Assembly (NCBI RefSeq): GCF_022045235.1 | Contig: NW_027266319.1 | Location: 26,598,001 to 26,662,000, forward strand | Origin: Haliotis cracherodii | Taxonomy: Eukaryota | Reading direction: 5' to 3' | DNA: 64,000 nucleotides | Part shown: piece by piece, positions 51,952-64,000 of the stretch | How the letters are laid out: each line of letters opens with the position of its first letter | How positions within the stretch are numbered: the stretch's first letter is position 1 | Made by a program: the position numbers and the translations under genes | The notes under the pieces: model-generated | The model's input: the letters and a program-made list of their open reading frames with translations, nothing else | Database searches by the model: none | Told to the model about the DNA's origin: nothing

Positions 51952-52827
51952 GCCATGTCTATAATGACCCAATTGTTGAGCGCGAGGTGGACTGGCTCCC
52001 ATTGTTCCTACTGACAGTAGTTTCGGGTGTGAATGGATCTGTTCCTGTTTTGTTCTTATCCCTGTGTGGTTTAAAGAAATGTCTAAAATATTAACATCTT
52101 ATAAGTTATTCATAATGTATATAACTACTAAAAAATATGGAGTGAAGAAATGGGCTGTTTTAAGTTTCCAAAAAAAAGGTGGGATATGTTATCGGACATT
52201 TAATAGTCGTGTACTCTACGCCCATTATGATTTGAGTCTATAGACCCCTCAGCCTTTTCATCGTAACCAACCAAGTTTCTGCCGAGGTTGACGCTCTTTG
52301 TATCTATTGTAAGAGGGTCTGCCTGACGGGTATGATAGTGACTGGGTTACAAAAACACATTCTGCTGCGCCCGCTGTGCATAGGGACAGGCGATATACTA
52401 GGTCACAATATCCAATGACCGTATAACCCGATTCGCTCTGCTTCTTCCGAGTCGATCTGAACTCGGTCTGTCCGCACAATAGCCGTGATATCTGGTTTCA
52501 CCAAACTTATAAACGTCTGAGACTTCCATCATGTCGGACTTTCCTCCCACATCCGACGCTTCGATTTAAGTGAAACACTTCTTAAAGCGGCGCCAAACCA
52601 AAGTAACTCACTCACTCTGATATCACGCAGGAAAGGCGGTGGTGCTGTTGTCTGGGAGACTGTATGGGGACATTTTACCTTTGCAGTGGTTTTGTAAACG
52701 CCATAGCACGTTAGTGGTATTACAATTGAATTAGCATTGCGGCAATGTGATGAGTCATTCCATTTGTGTCGTGTCTCTTGTATTATGTAGAGACTAGCCT
52801 ACTCGTTCAAGCTACAAGGAATCACGG

Positions 52828-53095
52828 TTGGTTGGTTGGTTTGCTGTTTAACGTCGCACTCAGAAATATTCCAGCTATATGACGGCGGTCTGTAAATAAT
52901 CGAGTCTGGACCAGACAATCCAGTGATTGATATCATGAGCATCGATCCACGCAATTGGGGTCGATAATATGTATCAACCAAGTCAGCGAGCCTGACCACC
53001 CGATCCCGTTAGTCGCCTTTTACGACAAGCATAGTCGCCTTTTACGGCAAGCATGGGTTGCTGAAGACCCATTCTACCCCGGAATTATCACGGGT
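52828..53095 (-). mobile_element. SINE family B, full length
   Basis: TSD aggaatcacgg at 52817-52827 and 53096-53106. Confidence 0.9.
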
Positions 53096-53469
53096 AGGAA
53101 TCACGGACTACGTGTGAGCCCCGAGCGTTGCGGACGGACTTTCAACATTAACCCACGAGGGACGGATGATTCGTAAAATGTTCCGTAATCCCTGAGGAGG
53201 TTTGTCTATTCATTCAATATACCTACAGCCTTTTTTATTGGGAAATTAAAAAAGGTGGATTTAGCTCAGTCGGTCTATTCCTGGAACGTCACACAGACTG
53301 TGACCAACGGTTGACGTCATCTTTACATATTGTTGATATGACGTCACGTATATACGTGGGATTCTTCTCAAACAATGAAAACAATTAAACAATTGGTGTG
53401 AATAATCCAATGAGCATGAATAAGAAGTTATGCTCATAATCACTATTGCACCGATATCCTTGGCCCTGA

Positions 53470-53619
53470 GGGACGGTGGGGTCGCTTAAGGCTAATGCGT
53501 TCACACGTCACGTCGAAAGCCTGGGTTCGATTCCCCATATGGGTACAATGAGTGAAGCCCATGTATGGTGTACCCTTTGATATTGCTTTAAGCGGTGTAA
53601 AACCATACTCACTCACTCC
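53470..53619 (+). mobile_element. SINE family A, diverged
   Basis: B box, family body, ACTC tail, flanking tggccctg repeats. Confidence 0.8.
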
Positions 53620-53789
53620 ATGGCCCTGTGTAAAATATTCGACATTATTTATAAGAACTTGTTCTAATTTCTATAATATTGATAGTAAAGGGCGACATTA
53701 ACGTTGACGATGCTTAACTCGGGTCATCGACAATAGCGAGGGATATGTAGTGATGAATCGTTACAACCCTATCGCCCAGCGATTCTCGC

Positions 53790-53915
53790 TTACAAACCTA
53801 CAAATATAAGCGGGCGAACGGGATTTGAACCCGTAATCATCGGTCTCTGGCGTACATAAGGCACGTAACTCTGCACAGCGAGTTGCGGCACCTTAGTCGA
53901 CTGGGCCACCCATGT
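53790..53915 (-). mobile_element. SINE family D head
   Basis: Direct match to 43340-43455. Confidence 0.7.
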
Positions 53916-54458
53916 TTCCTCTAGCGTTTGATACGGGCAGGTACCAAAAAGTGCTCGTTTGGATTTTGCTCAGAGTCATTCGCGAATTCCTTCCTGTTAG
54001 GACAATGTAGTCTAAATAACTGCCTTTGAAAGGTTGATCACGTGATATGACAATGTACATACATGATATTCGAGATATACCCTATATTCGAGAGTAATGT
54101 GACTGAGCTTGGTATTAGCCGCCGTAAGCAATATTCAAGTTGTGCTACGGTTGGAACGGCAAGAAGTGGCCTCTAACGCATCGAATCAAAACGCGTTAAG
54201 TTCCCACGACCTTGGATGACCTACTTATTGGACGGTAGGGGATGTGAATATGTATGCAACACTTCGGAAGTACTTGTGTAGGGCGAGATCCTACAAGGCA
54301 AGAGAACATCTCACACATTCTGTTGGTTTGTGTAGCGTCATTTCGCTTGTTTAGAGTTCAAATACATGTGGACGGATACAGTTAAGTACACTTTCAATGT
54401 CGCATGTTATAACATTCCCATAAGATACCACATTTGTATATATGGAAAATCTCAGCCA

Positions 54459-54635
54459 AGTGTCTTTTGATATCAAATATATTTACACGAGTCGATACAA
54501 GTTTTAAGCCTTTATCGACGAGTGTTGATATATTTGATATCAAAAGACACAAGGGTGAGATTTTATTTATCATCCAGCATCTTTCTTCCAACTTTTTCAG
54601 TTTGTAGACAGTAATAAGCAGTGTCTTAAGTGTAA
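54459..54635. mobile_element. Hairpin-containing interspersed repeat (second copy ~45950-46085)
   Basis: gtgtcttttgatatcaaatatat...atatatttgatatcaaaagacac inverted pair at 54460-54550. Confidence 0.6.
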
Positions 54636-55311
54636 AAGGTACTGCTAACAGCATGTGTAGCAGAGCCTTTAGTGATGTCATTTGATTGTGACGTCAAGGT
54701 AACAATGACGTCACAATTGTCTGCAAAGCAAAACTCTAAACCGTCGACTACTTATTTCCACCACTACAATATCCTAAAAATAGACCCGTATTTAAGCCGA
54801 GGAAATATGTTTGTAATGTGCCAGTTATGCCAGTCCCCGATTAGTATGTAATTTCAATTCCATTGTCAGCAACATGAGCCTAAACAGAGCTCCAGATAAC
54901 TCTTTGACCAATTGAGTTTTTACTCTAGGGTTTCGATTTTAATTGGGTTATTACATTTTTCATTTGGGTAACCAATATTTTTTCACTTATCTATTTATCA
55001 CTCCATTAGGTTTTTTGCTAAAATAAGTGAACATTTTAAGATTAAAAAAAAATGAAATATATATACTGTTCTCAATATATATGGTTGGCTCGGAAAGTAA
55101 ATTAGCTCGTAATTGTGTCTCGGAACTTAACTCCTTTGTACGCATGCTGAAAAAGCTTCATTTATGCGTGCTATTTTCATACATGTGACTTTTTTCATTT
55201 AATGCATGCGTTTCTGTACGCAAGCTAATTGACAGTAATTGGGTTTTGAATATTTTTGAGGTATTTTACGCAAACACGCTGCTTATCTGTAGCTCTGAAT
55301 ATAAAACGAGA

Positions 55312-55469
55312 GTGGGTGAGTGTTGTTTTACACGGCTTTTCGAAAAAAACTCCCTATCACGACAGGGGACATCAGAAATGGGTTTCACACTTTGTGTCCG
55401 TGTAGGGAATCGAATCCGGTCCCTCGGTGTGACGAGCGAACACTTTAACCACTAGGCTACCCATCGCCC
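55312..55469 (-). mobile_element. SINE family A, diverged
   Basis: Reverse complement of family consensus. Confidence 0.78.
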
Positions 55470-55877
55470 TAGACAAACAAGAGAATCATTTTATGTCCGT
55501 AGTCTTTTGCCGCGTATTCAGCCTATCTGAGTGTGAAGCCTTCACGCCGTAAGAACAATAGGAAATGTGTATCTCTATTTCACGTTTATTCACCATAATG
55601 TACCTTTATTCTGTTGCAGATGTTATGTTTTGACTCAGATATGCATGACCAACCACGTTGTCATAATCTGCTTCTTTCGTTCCCCTTGTGTGCAGTAATC
55701 ATAAATATGATTATTTCTGATAATTGTAATGTAATCATGGCTTAATAAATCTAAATTTGAGATACATACTTCACAGATTCTTCATTTTTTAATATCCAAC
55801 GTATTTAAAATGATTTCCCCACAGGCACGTTATTAAAAGATTCCCTCGGTCAATGTTTGCCATATATAAAATATACT

Positions 55878-56051
55878 GTGAGTGAGTGAGTGAGTGAGTA
55901 TGGTTTTAAACCGCTTTTAGCAATATTCCAGCAATATCACGACGGGGGACACCAGAAATGGGCTTCACACATTGTACCCATGTCGGGAAGCGAACCCGGG
56001 TCTTCGGCGTGACGAGCGAACGCTTTGACCACGAGGCTACCCGACCGCCCC
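55878..56051 (-). mobile_element. SINE family A, full length
   Basis: (GAGT)n then reverse complement of body and tRNA head. Confidence 0.9.
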
Positions 56052-58469
56052 GAATACGGACTGCGTTTCCACAAACTACTACTTTTCGTTCCTCGTATAT
56101 AACATTATGATAATGCTACACTCTGTGCTGCTGTGTATGTTGTTTATACATAAGTTGGATGCAGCGCTCGTGGAATAGCTGTTGGATTTAATCGTCGGAA
56201 ACAACCGTATCTATAAAAATAGGAAAAAATGCTCTAATAGCATGAATATTTAAGTCAGCTGTTGCTGTAACCTTTTTTCAACAAGGTTTCCAGTCAAGTC
56301 TCTTGTTACCAATCGAAGGTAGCGCTGATTCAGAAGATGGCATTCACAAAGTGCCACGTCTTGAGGCCAGGTTTTGTATGAAGACGAGATGTTCTTCAGC
56401 TACATCTGATTAAATTCTATAATGTTTATATTCTAAACGTGTTTAGATCATGGGAATGTTGTGTTCAAGTGGTGTTTTAGGCTGTGAGACGATAATTCAC
56501 TTCAAGTGTTTAGACATCAAACGAGTTTAGATAATATTCACCCAATGTGTAATACTATTCTATTTAGGACTTAAACACATCCCTGGACATGTTTAGATCT
56601 AAGATGTCTTGTATGTGTTTACATTGTAAACTTGGTTTATTGCCGTGTTTAAAAGTAAACAATAATCCTTCTTGTAAATCCTTTAAATAATACTCACCCA
56701 ATGTGTAATACTATTCTATTTAGGACTTAAACACATTCCTTAAACACAGCTATAAACTTGGTTTATTGCCGTGTTTCGTTTTAAAAGCAAACTATAATCC
56801 TTCTTTTTCACCATTCGAAAGTCAGATCGTCGTGTCCCCACAATGTACCAGTGCCGTTGTACTTGAGCTATGAATGCATGCTGTAGGGCCTTTACATTTC
56901 GACAGTCCTGTTTCTGAGGCCATGTCAACAGGCTTATACGGCGATTGTGTACCTGTTTTTTTTAAAAAGCATGTATAAACACACACGAGGCACAAGCTTC
57001 AATCACGGAGTAGTGTACATTGTAGGGCGACTGAGGTTTGACACAATTGTAAATCCCCCCTATATGAATATTACCTCACACGCATGTCGTAAATCTATGA
57101 GCGCGTCGGTGTTTTATTCCTTCTGTGTACAACCTCAATACTAGTCCATGTAATATGTTTTCCACCCAGTAGAACTGTTGTAAACTGCGGGTAGTTGACT
57201 CGTGGCCGATGCTTAGGTGAGTGAGCGGAGGTATAAGTTATGGTAGTTTAAAACTTTGACAATGTGATTTCTGTTTACCTCAGAAAGCAACGAAAGCAAA
57301 CCTTACTGAAAGTTTCTATTTGGCAAACGGGAATTATGACGTTAACAATGATATTAGGAGATCCTTGTGACAGTAGGTTGGCCTAGTGGTTAGTGCGACA
57401 GCCGGGTAACCAGGTTTGATTCCACTCATGGGTACACAGTGTGAAGAACATTTCAAGTGTTCCCGCCATGTTATGTCTGGAATGCTGCTATTAAATGGGC
57501 GAGTAAAGGCCCACCCACTCACAACAATTGCACTGAAGGTAGTCTCGTTAAAATCAGATCTTTTCCTCTCTGTCAAGGGATGTAACAAACCATCCAAAGC
57601 TCGCGTCAGGTAAATGCTCAGCCAGTCAGCCAATCAGCGACGATTCTTCAAAATTCTCAGTACGCGCGAGAGTGAAGCATTCAGAGCAGCATATCTGTTT
57701 TCTGTATCTCGAAAATGAACATAACGAGCAGTTCCGAATAAAAATAAGAACGACAGCACTTTTACAGTTTTCTTTACATTTTATGTTGTCAAGACATCAA
57801 CGCCCAAAAGGAAGGACCGTGGAAGGAATATTTGTGATTTCTGTGGTTTTTGTCTTTTGTTAAAATAGAAATGCACTAATCGAGGTTGGAAAGGAATGAA
57901 GGTGGTGTAGAAGGTTTGTAATATCTTTCCGCAGATAGTTATCGTATCGGAGTAAATGAGATTGCTGATGCAGGGACGGACACATTGACGAGTGTTCGCA
58001 TCTCTCTCGAACAATACGTAAATATGTGTCATCATTTCTGAGATAATTGTTCACGTTTGAATAAATCTTCCGCAATATCCGGATGGGTTGTGCGTCTTGG
58101 TTGACGTGAGGGAAGTCATATGCTCATAAGACTACGTGTTTACCATTAGGAAGTTTACGGGGAAGGGGCAGTACATATGCTGTCGGAGTGGTAGTAGAAG
58201 ACCAACATATAGTCTCTGAAATGAACATATTTGACAGACATAAACAGTTGTTAATTATGAAATGCAATAAAAAGGAGCCCAGATACTACAGTAATCGAGA
58301 CTTGCCAAATATTATAGACTTGCATGGGTTGTATGTGATATATTTGTTTCGGGGTCTTTATGACAGCCTATGGTAGTACCAGAAGTTGCAGTTTATTGGG
58401 GAAAAGAAATGAATAGCATATATACGGTTGTATATTGGTGAAATACCCATAGTAAAAGAAGTATTGTAA

Positions 58470-58850
58470 TATTTGTAGTAGGAGTTGTAGTAGTAGGGGT
58501 GGTGGTGAGTTAGTGAAATGGGGTCAACGTCGTAGTGGTAGTTGTAGTAGTCGTAGTGGTAGCTGTTATATGGTAGTGGTAGCAGCAGTAGTAATGGTGA
58601 AGGTGGCGGTGGTGGTACAAGTTGTAGTGGTGGTGGTGGTGGTGGTGGTGGTGGCGGTGGTAGTAGTAGCCGTCGTGGTGGTGGCGGCGGTAGTAGTAGT
58701 TGCAGTCGTGGTGGTAGCGGCGGTGGTGTTAGTAATAGTCGTAGTTTTAGTCGTGGCTATGGCGGCGGCCGTGGTAGTGGTAGTTGCAGTCGTGTTTTTG
58801 GCGGCGTTGGTAGTAGTTGTAGTGGAAGTGGTGGTTGCGGTGGCGTTAAC
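58470..58850. repeat. Degenerate (GTR/GCG)n trinucleotide low-complexity tract (Thr/Ala-rich on - strand)
   Basis: Directly visible. Confidence 0.85.
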
Positions 58851-60512
58851 TAAACGATGTAAATGTTCATTATAGCTGCGATGTCAGGGTAGACCCTGGT
58901 CGATGCAGTTGGATCCGTGAAATTCGAGACATTGACCGCGTCCATGTAACCCAGTTCGTGATATTGAAAGCCATCTATAGTAATTAAAACGAGGCTGTTG
59001 GTTGGATCTCGAAAGACAATCTCGGTCATTCTACACATTGAACTGTTGATCCCACACATTATTGATGGCTGACACGTACCTGCGATATTCCAGCGTTTTC
59101 GAGATATTAGATATAGCTGCTCAATAGACCAACTTCCTTTGTACCATATCTACCGAGTTGTGATAAACAGCGTCGTTTAGTTGACAAGGATGCAATTTAA
59201 TCATATGAGCTATTATTAATGGATATATGTTAAGCTGGTCATTGGAAGGGGTTAAGTCAACTCGTGTCATTCCGCGACAAGCCGAATTCTTCTTGCAGGT
59301 TACGGAAAGGGGCGAGTGGTGACGAATAGGGAATCTGCGAGGGTTGTTTATGCTTACAACTCATTTTCCAGATCATCCAAAATGTCCAGTGAACGATTAT
59401 CATTGGTAAACTCCGAGGACAATTATATTTTTTCATAATTTGCGGGGCACAAAGATTTGTTAAAAAAAAACACTGGTCGCTCAACAGAACCGCCCAACCA
59501 CGAACACTTACCCACTCCACTGGGTGCTTGTATTTTCTTTCCAAACAACTTCAGTTGAGAATGCGATCTTCTGCACATAATTCCGCAGTCCAGTGCCCTT
59601 CAGAGTATTACCATATTTCCTCTATAGACGCATGGTATAAAATACATGCCGGCTTGAAAAATTGACGCCGGGTCATACGCCCTGTCCACAAAATAGAAGC
59701 CGGTCCTCTATTATACTCTAGGTCTCCTATGAAGACCCGATCCAGCTTACAAAAGTAATGCTTTCTGTCTAACTTACGGCATGTAATATTGCCGGTATCT
59801 CCATGTGTCTTTGGAAACAGCATGTCAACGTACACAGTTTGGGGGATGAGTGAGCTGCCAATGATCCACGATTCAGCATTAAACAGAATGGATGCCGGGT
59901 CAACGTCTTGCGCGAAATAATAGAGCGTCTTATAGATAAGATACGGTATGTTTCAAGTGGTCTACCTGAGAATCCCATGAAAGGTGTAGCCTTTTTCAGA
60001 GGTCTGTGTCTATAGGCGGAGCTTTATGTATCAAGTGAGCTACTTTAGTGGCTCTTCAGACGTGTTGCCTTCTTAAGGCATCGTCTTCACTGTCTCCGCC
60101 ATCGCGATGGAGTTGTAAAGCTCGGCCCCTACCCCGGTACAAGATCAAGTAGCTCTTTTTACCGTTTTTTGTGCGTTTTTTTATTGTTCAACGCCGCAAT
60201 CAACGCAATGGCCCTGATAACATAATATGCAACACCCAACGCCGTCGGGGTACGTTGGCACTTCGGCATTCTGGTTAGAAATTTGGACACCCTACTTACT
60301 TGAACCTGAAGACCTAGCTATGCGCTCTTATACTGCATATATATAGCCTGGGAAAAAACCCCGCAAAAGTAGTAAAATCGTAAATATATTGAAATTAGCG
60401 TTGCCGACATCCATACAAACTTAATACAAAAATTGAATTGGTCATTTCTGCATGGATTGGGATTGATTTGTGTGGAAAGAATTATGTACTGTAGACATTT
60501 CGTGAAAAGATG

Positions 60513-60692
60513 GAGGGTGGTCGGGTAGCCTAGTGGTTAAAGCGTTCGCTCGTCACGGCGAAGACCCGGGTTCGATTCCCCACATGGGTGCAATGTTTGA
60601 AGCCCATTTCTGGTGTTCCCCGCCGTGATATGGCTGGAATATTGCTAAAAGCGGCGTAAAACCACACTCACTCACTCACTCACTCACTCACT
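60513..60692 (+). mobile_element. SINE family A, full length
   Basis: A and B boxes, long ACTC tail, tgaaa.gatgga flanks. Confidence 0.9.
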
Positions 60693-60889
60693 GAAATGAT
60701 GGAAAAATCGCAAAAACACAACCACGTGAGAGCCTGGCACTGGAACACACCAACATGACATGCACGTGCAACGTCACTTGTTTGGCTATAAAAAACAACG
60801 TTGGGTTTCATTTGCATTCCATCACATCAAATGAACAGCGAAAACATAAATCTTGTCCCCTGTTCCGACATTAGTACTGTTGCATCTCC

Positions 60890-61500
60890 CGTGTCTAAAC
60901 GCATCCTTAGTGCTACGACTGCCATTACTCACGTGTCTTAACGCATCCTTAGTGCTACGACTGCCATAACTCACGTGTCTAAACGCTTCCTTAGTGCTAC
61001 GACTGCCATAACTCACGTGTCTAAACGCATCCTTAGTGCTACGACTGCCATAACTCACGTGTCTAAACGCATCCTTAGTGCTACGCATGCCATAACTCAC
61101 GTGTCTTAACGCATCCTTAGTGCTACAACTGTCGTAACTCACGTGTCTTAACGCATCCTTAGTGCTACGACTGCCATAACTCACGTGTCTTAATGCAACC
61201 TTAGTACTACAACTGTCGTAACTCACGTGTCTAAACGCATCCTTAGTGCTACGACTGTCATAACTCACGTGTCTAAACGCTTCCTTAGTGCTACGACTGC
61301 CATAACTCACGTGTCTTAACGCATCCTTAGTGCTACGACTGCCATAACTCACGTGTCTTAACATACCGTTAGTGTTACGACTGCCGTATCTCCTGCGTCT
61401 TAATGCAACCTCAGTGCTACGACTGTCGTAGCTGCAGTGTCTTAATGCAACTTTAGCGTTACGAATGTTGTAGCCCTCATGTCTTAACGCAACCTTAAAC
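60890..61500. repeat. 42-bp tandem repeat, ~14 units; further units at 62290-62425
   Basis: ctcacgtgtcttaacgcatccttagtgctacgactgccataa; 14-aa periodicity in ORF 60822-61364. Confidence 0.95.
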
Positions 61501-62167
61501 CATGGCTCCTTTGTCTTAGACTGTGGTCTAACTAACTGAATTGTTAGTTAATCACCACTTGGCAAAGACGGAACTTCTTTTTCCCCATCATTTATTCTTG
61601 ATGATAGAACAATTTGTCGCCGCACGGGAGTATAACGAATGTAGTCTTCTGCCATGGCAACAAGGGAAACATTGTGTGAAATTAACAACTAAATATTTAC
61701 TTACATCAGAATTAATTGCTTATCATTATGAACTGAGAAAGACGTTTTATGCATTTTTATACAGCATGTTACTCTATGCATTCTAGTATTTGGTAGTGTT
61801 TGGTAACTTTTCGTTCAACGAAACGAACACATAGAAAAGAAATTACTATTATCTTCATCAGGGCTACGTTTGCTCATAATAGGCATATCAACATGGGAAC
61901 GTAAGATTTAGGTGATTAATAAATGTGCTCGAGTTGGTCCAAAATGAATGGCATACTTGCCCCGGGATATGCATTTCATAAGGCGAATCGGCAAAGTGCA
62001 GGTGCACGTGTGAAAGGCTCGGGGGCACAGATTTCACGTGCATCACGCAGGGCCGACTCACACAGTATTCTCACAGTTGAGCATAGAGTTCCTGAATATC
62101 TTTCAAAATACCTTGAACATAACAAAGTTTCTAAGCATTTTAGGTGCTATACATGTTGGACATGGTT

Positions 62168-62289
62168 TAAGTATATTAGACCACTCGGACCCAAGTGTCT
62201 AATCGTTGAAATGGTTGATTAAACCACGAGGCGCGCATAACCATTTCAACGATCAGACATTAGGTCCTAGTGGTCTAACCTATACTTAG
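62168..62289. mobile_element. ~120-bp hairpin, MITE-like
   Basis: taagtata..ttagaccact...cgttgaaatggtt / aaccatttcaacg...agtggtctaa..tatactta. Confidence 0.65.
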
Positions 62290-63414
62290 TGTCACGACTG
62301 TCGTAACTCACGTGTCTTAATGCACCCTTTGTGCTACGACTGTCGTAACTCACGTGTTTTTTTATGCAATTTTAGTGCTACGACGTTCGTGACTCCTGTG
62401 TCTTAATGCAACGTCAGTGCTACGAGTAAATCAGTCTTTTATTGTATCGCATTTCTGAAACCGTCCAACACATATACACAGCCTGAGCGCTATCAATGTC
62501 GTAAAAACAAAATTAATTGCATAAAGACTTGCAACACTGTGGTCGCCCAACAACTTCTCTCAGCCCTACGCCAGACCGACAACTTGCGTAATGTCGTGAG
62601 CTGCACTTATTCTCCCCCTCTCATGAGACAGGCGTTCTATTTTCAAGCATATTTGAAAAGAATTTGAACACTTGAAACATTATTTGATTTGTCTCTACAG
62701 CGTTTCCAGCATTCAATAAACTGGAAGGTTTGATACCGACTGTGAAAATATAAAAAAGTAAGCTTGAATACCCTCCATTGACACGATATGAGTAATTGAT
62801 TTCTAACTACACCTAAATGCCGAGGGTGGACAAAATGCATTTACAAAACGATCTGATATCAAGTCTTGCATAAAATGAACTTCAAATGTCTTTATGCGGG
62901 GTATTAGGAGTGTACCAACACAACATAACCATGCAGTGTCCCACGCCCCAGTTTGTATGGGGAACGTGCACGACACAACGCAAGCTGGGAGTGAGATATG
63001 TCGGGTGGCAGATCATTGTTAAGTTGAATCTGTGCATACAACTTTTCGACAGGCCGTAATATTTGAAAGCAGAAACTAACTCCGTTTAATTCATTGTGAA
63101 TTGAATATTGTAAATCTGGAATAATTTACGAGCATGTTTTTTTTACGTTCAAGGAAAACTGACACACATTTAAAACAGTTTCATGTCGCTGATATATTTG
63201 CTTTCCAAAAGGAACTGTGAGACATATAATTTGATAACTGAATGAATAAATAAAAACCGTAATCAAGTAATTGTCATTATTGGTACAGCATGCAATGCTA
63301 CGAAGGCAGTTTCTATCATGATGATACAATATGTCACTCAAGACGATGGTTTTGTAACTGGGCCAATAGCCTATGTTACGTGACAATTTAACACATTTGA
63401 GAATAAGTATTCCT

Positions 63415-63780
63415 TTTACCTGACATTTCACCTGACATTTTACCTGACATCTCACCTGACATTTTACCTGACATTTCACCAGACATCTCACCGGACTTTT
63501 AACCTGACATTTAACATGGCAATTCATCAGATAATTCACCAGACATTTCACCAGATATTTCACCTGACATTTCACCAGACATTTTACTAGACATCTCACC
63601 TGACATTTTACCTGACATTTCACCAGACATTTCACCCGACATTTCACCTGACATTTTACATGACAATTCACCAGATAATTCCTCCAACATTTCAACAGAC
63701 ATTTCACCTGGCATTTCACCAGACATTTCACCGAACATTTCACCGGACATTTCATCGGACATTTCATCGGACATTTCACC
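63415..63780. repeat. 12-bp minisatellite at the position paralogous to 27945-28560
   Basis: Same unit, followed by the same unique flank (ccattacttgacatagtctg...) as 28555-28760. Confidence 0.93.
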
Positions 63781-64000
63781 ATTACTTGACATAGTCTGGC
63801 ATGTTTAATTTCGTTCTAATTTGAAAGAAAGATTTTTAAAACCTGGTGTCATTTTTCATCCCAATTAAACCCCAGAACAATATTAATCTTCAAATATTAT
63901 CGACTTTAATTTTGCCTGACTTCCACAACACGGTGAATGCTCACGAATCGTACTCATCCCACTTGTATGTGACGCAGCTTCGAACAATACTAGTGAGTGA

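Noticed and set aside
58513-58875. Poly-Val membrane protein ORF
   Set aside because: Low-complexity trinucleotide tract with no splice or start support

Overview
Repeat-rich eukaryotic DNA, most likely from a gastropod mollusc (abalone-like; inferred from the SINE families and gene type). One intact gene can be built: a three-exon, type I membrane multicopper oxidase (laccase-like) on the + strand, with coding exons 27325-27344, 29379-31345 and 33504-33709 (730 aa). Its last intron holds a 33-bp minisatellite made from the splice acceptor and first codons of the transmembrane exon. The gene lies in the right arm of an old, degraded palindrome (about 6.2-37.8 kb, centred near 20,750). The left arm carries an inverted pseudogene copy with an internal deletion, a MITE insertion and a near-identical tract suggesting gene conversion. 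A second paralog appears to begin at about 51 kb (same promoter block and MRLALIR first exon). Its first intron has grown to over 13 kb, and its main exon is predicted just past the window end. The rest is SINEs (at least four families), Tc1 and non-LTR retrotransposon remnants, MITEs and tandem repeats. Splice models and identities were judged by eye, with no alignment or transcript data.
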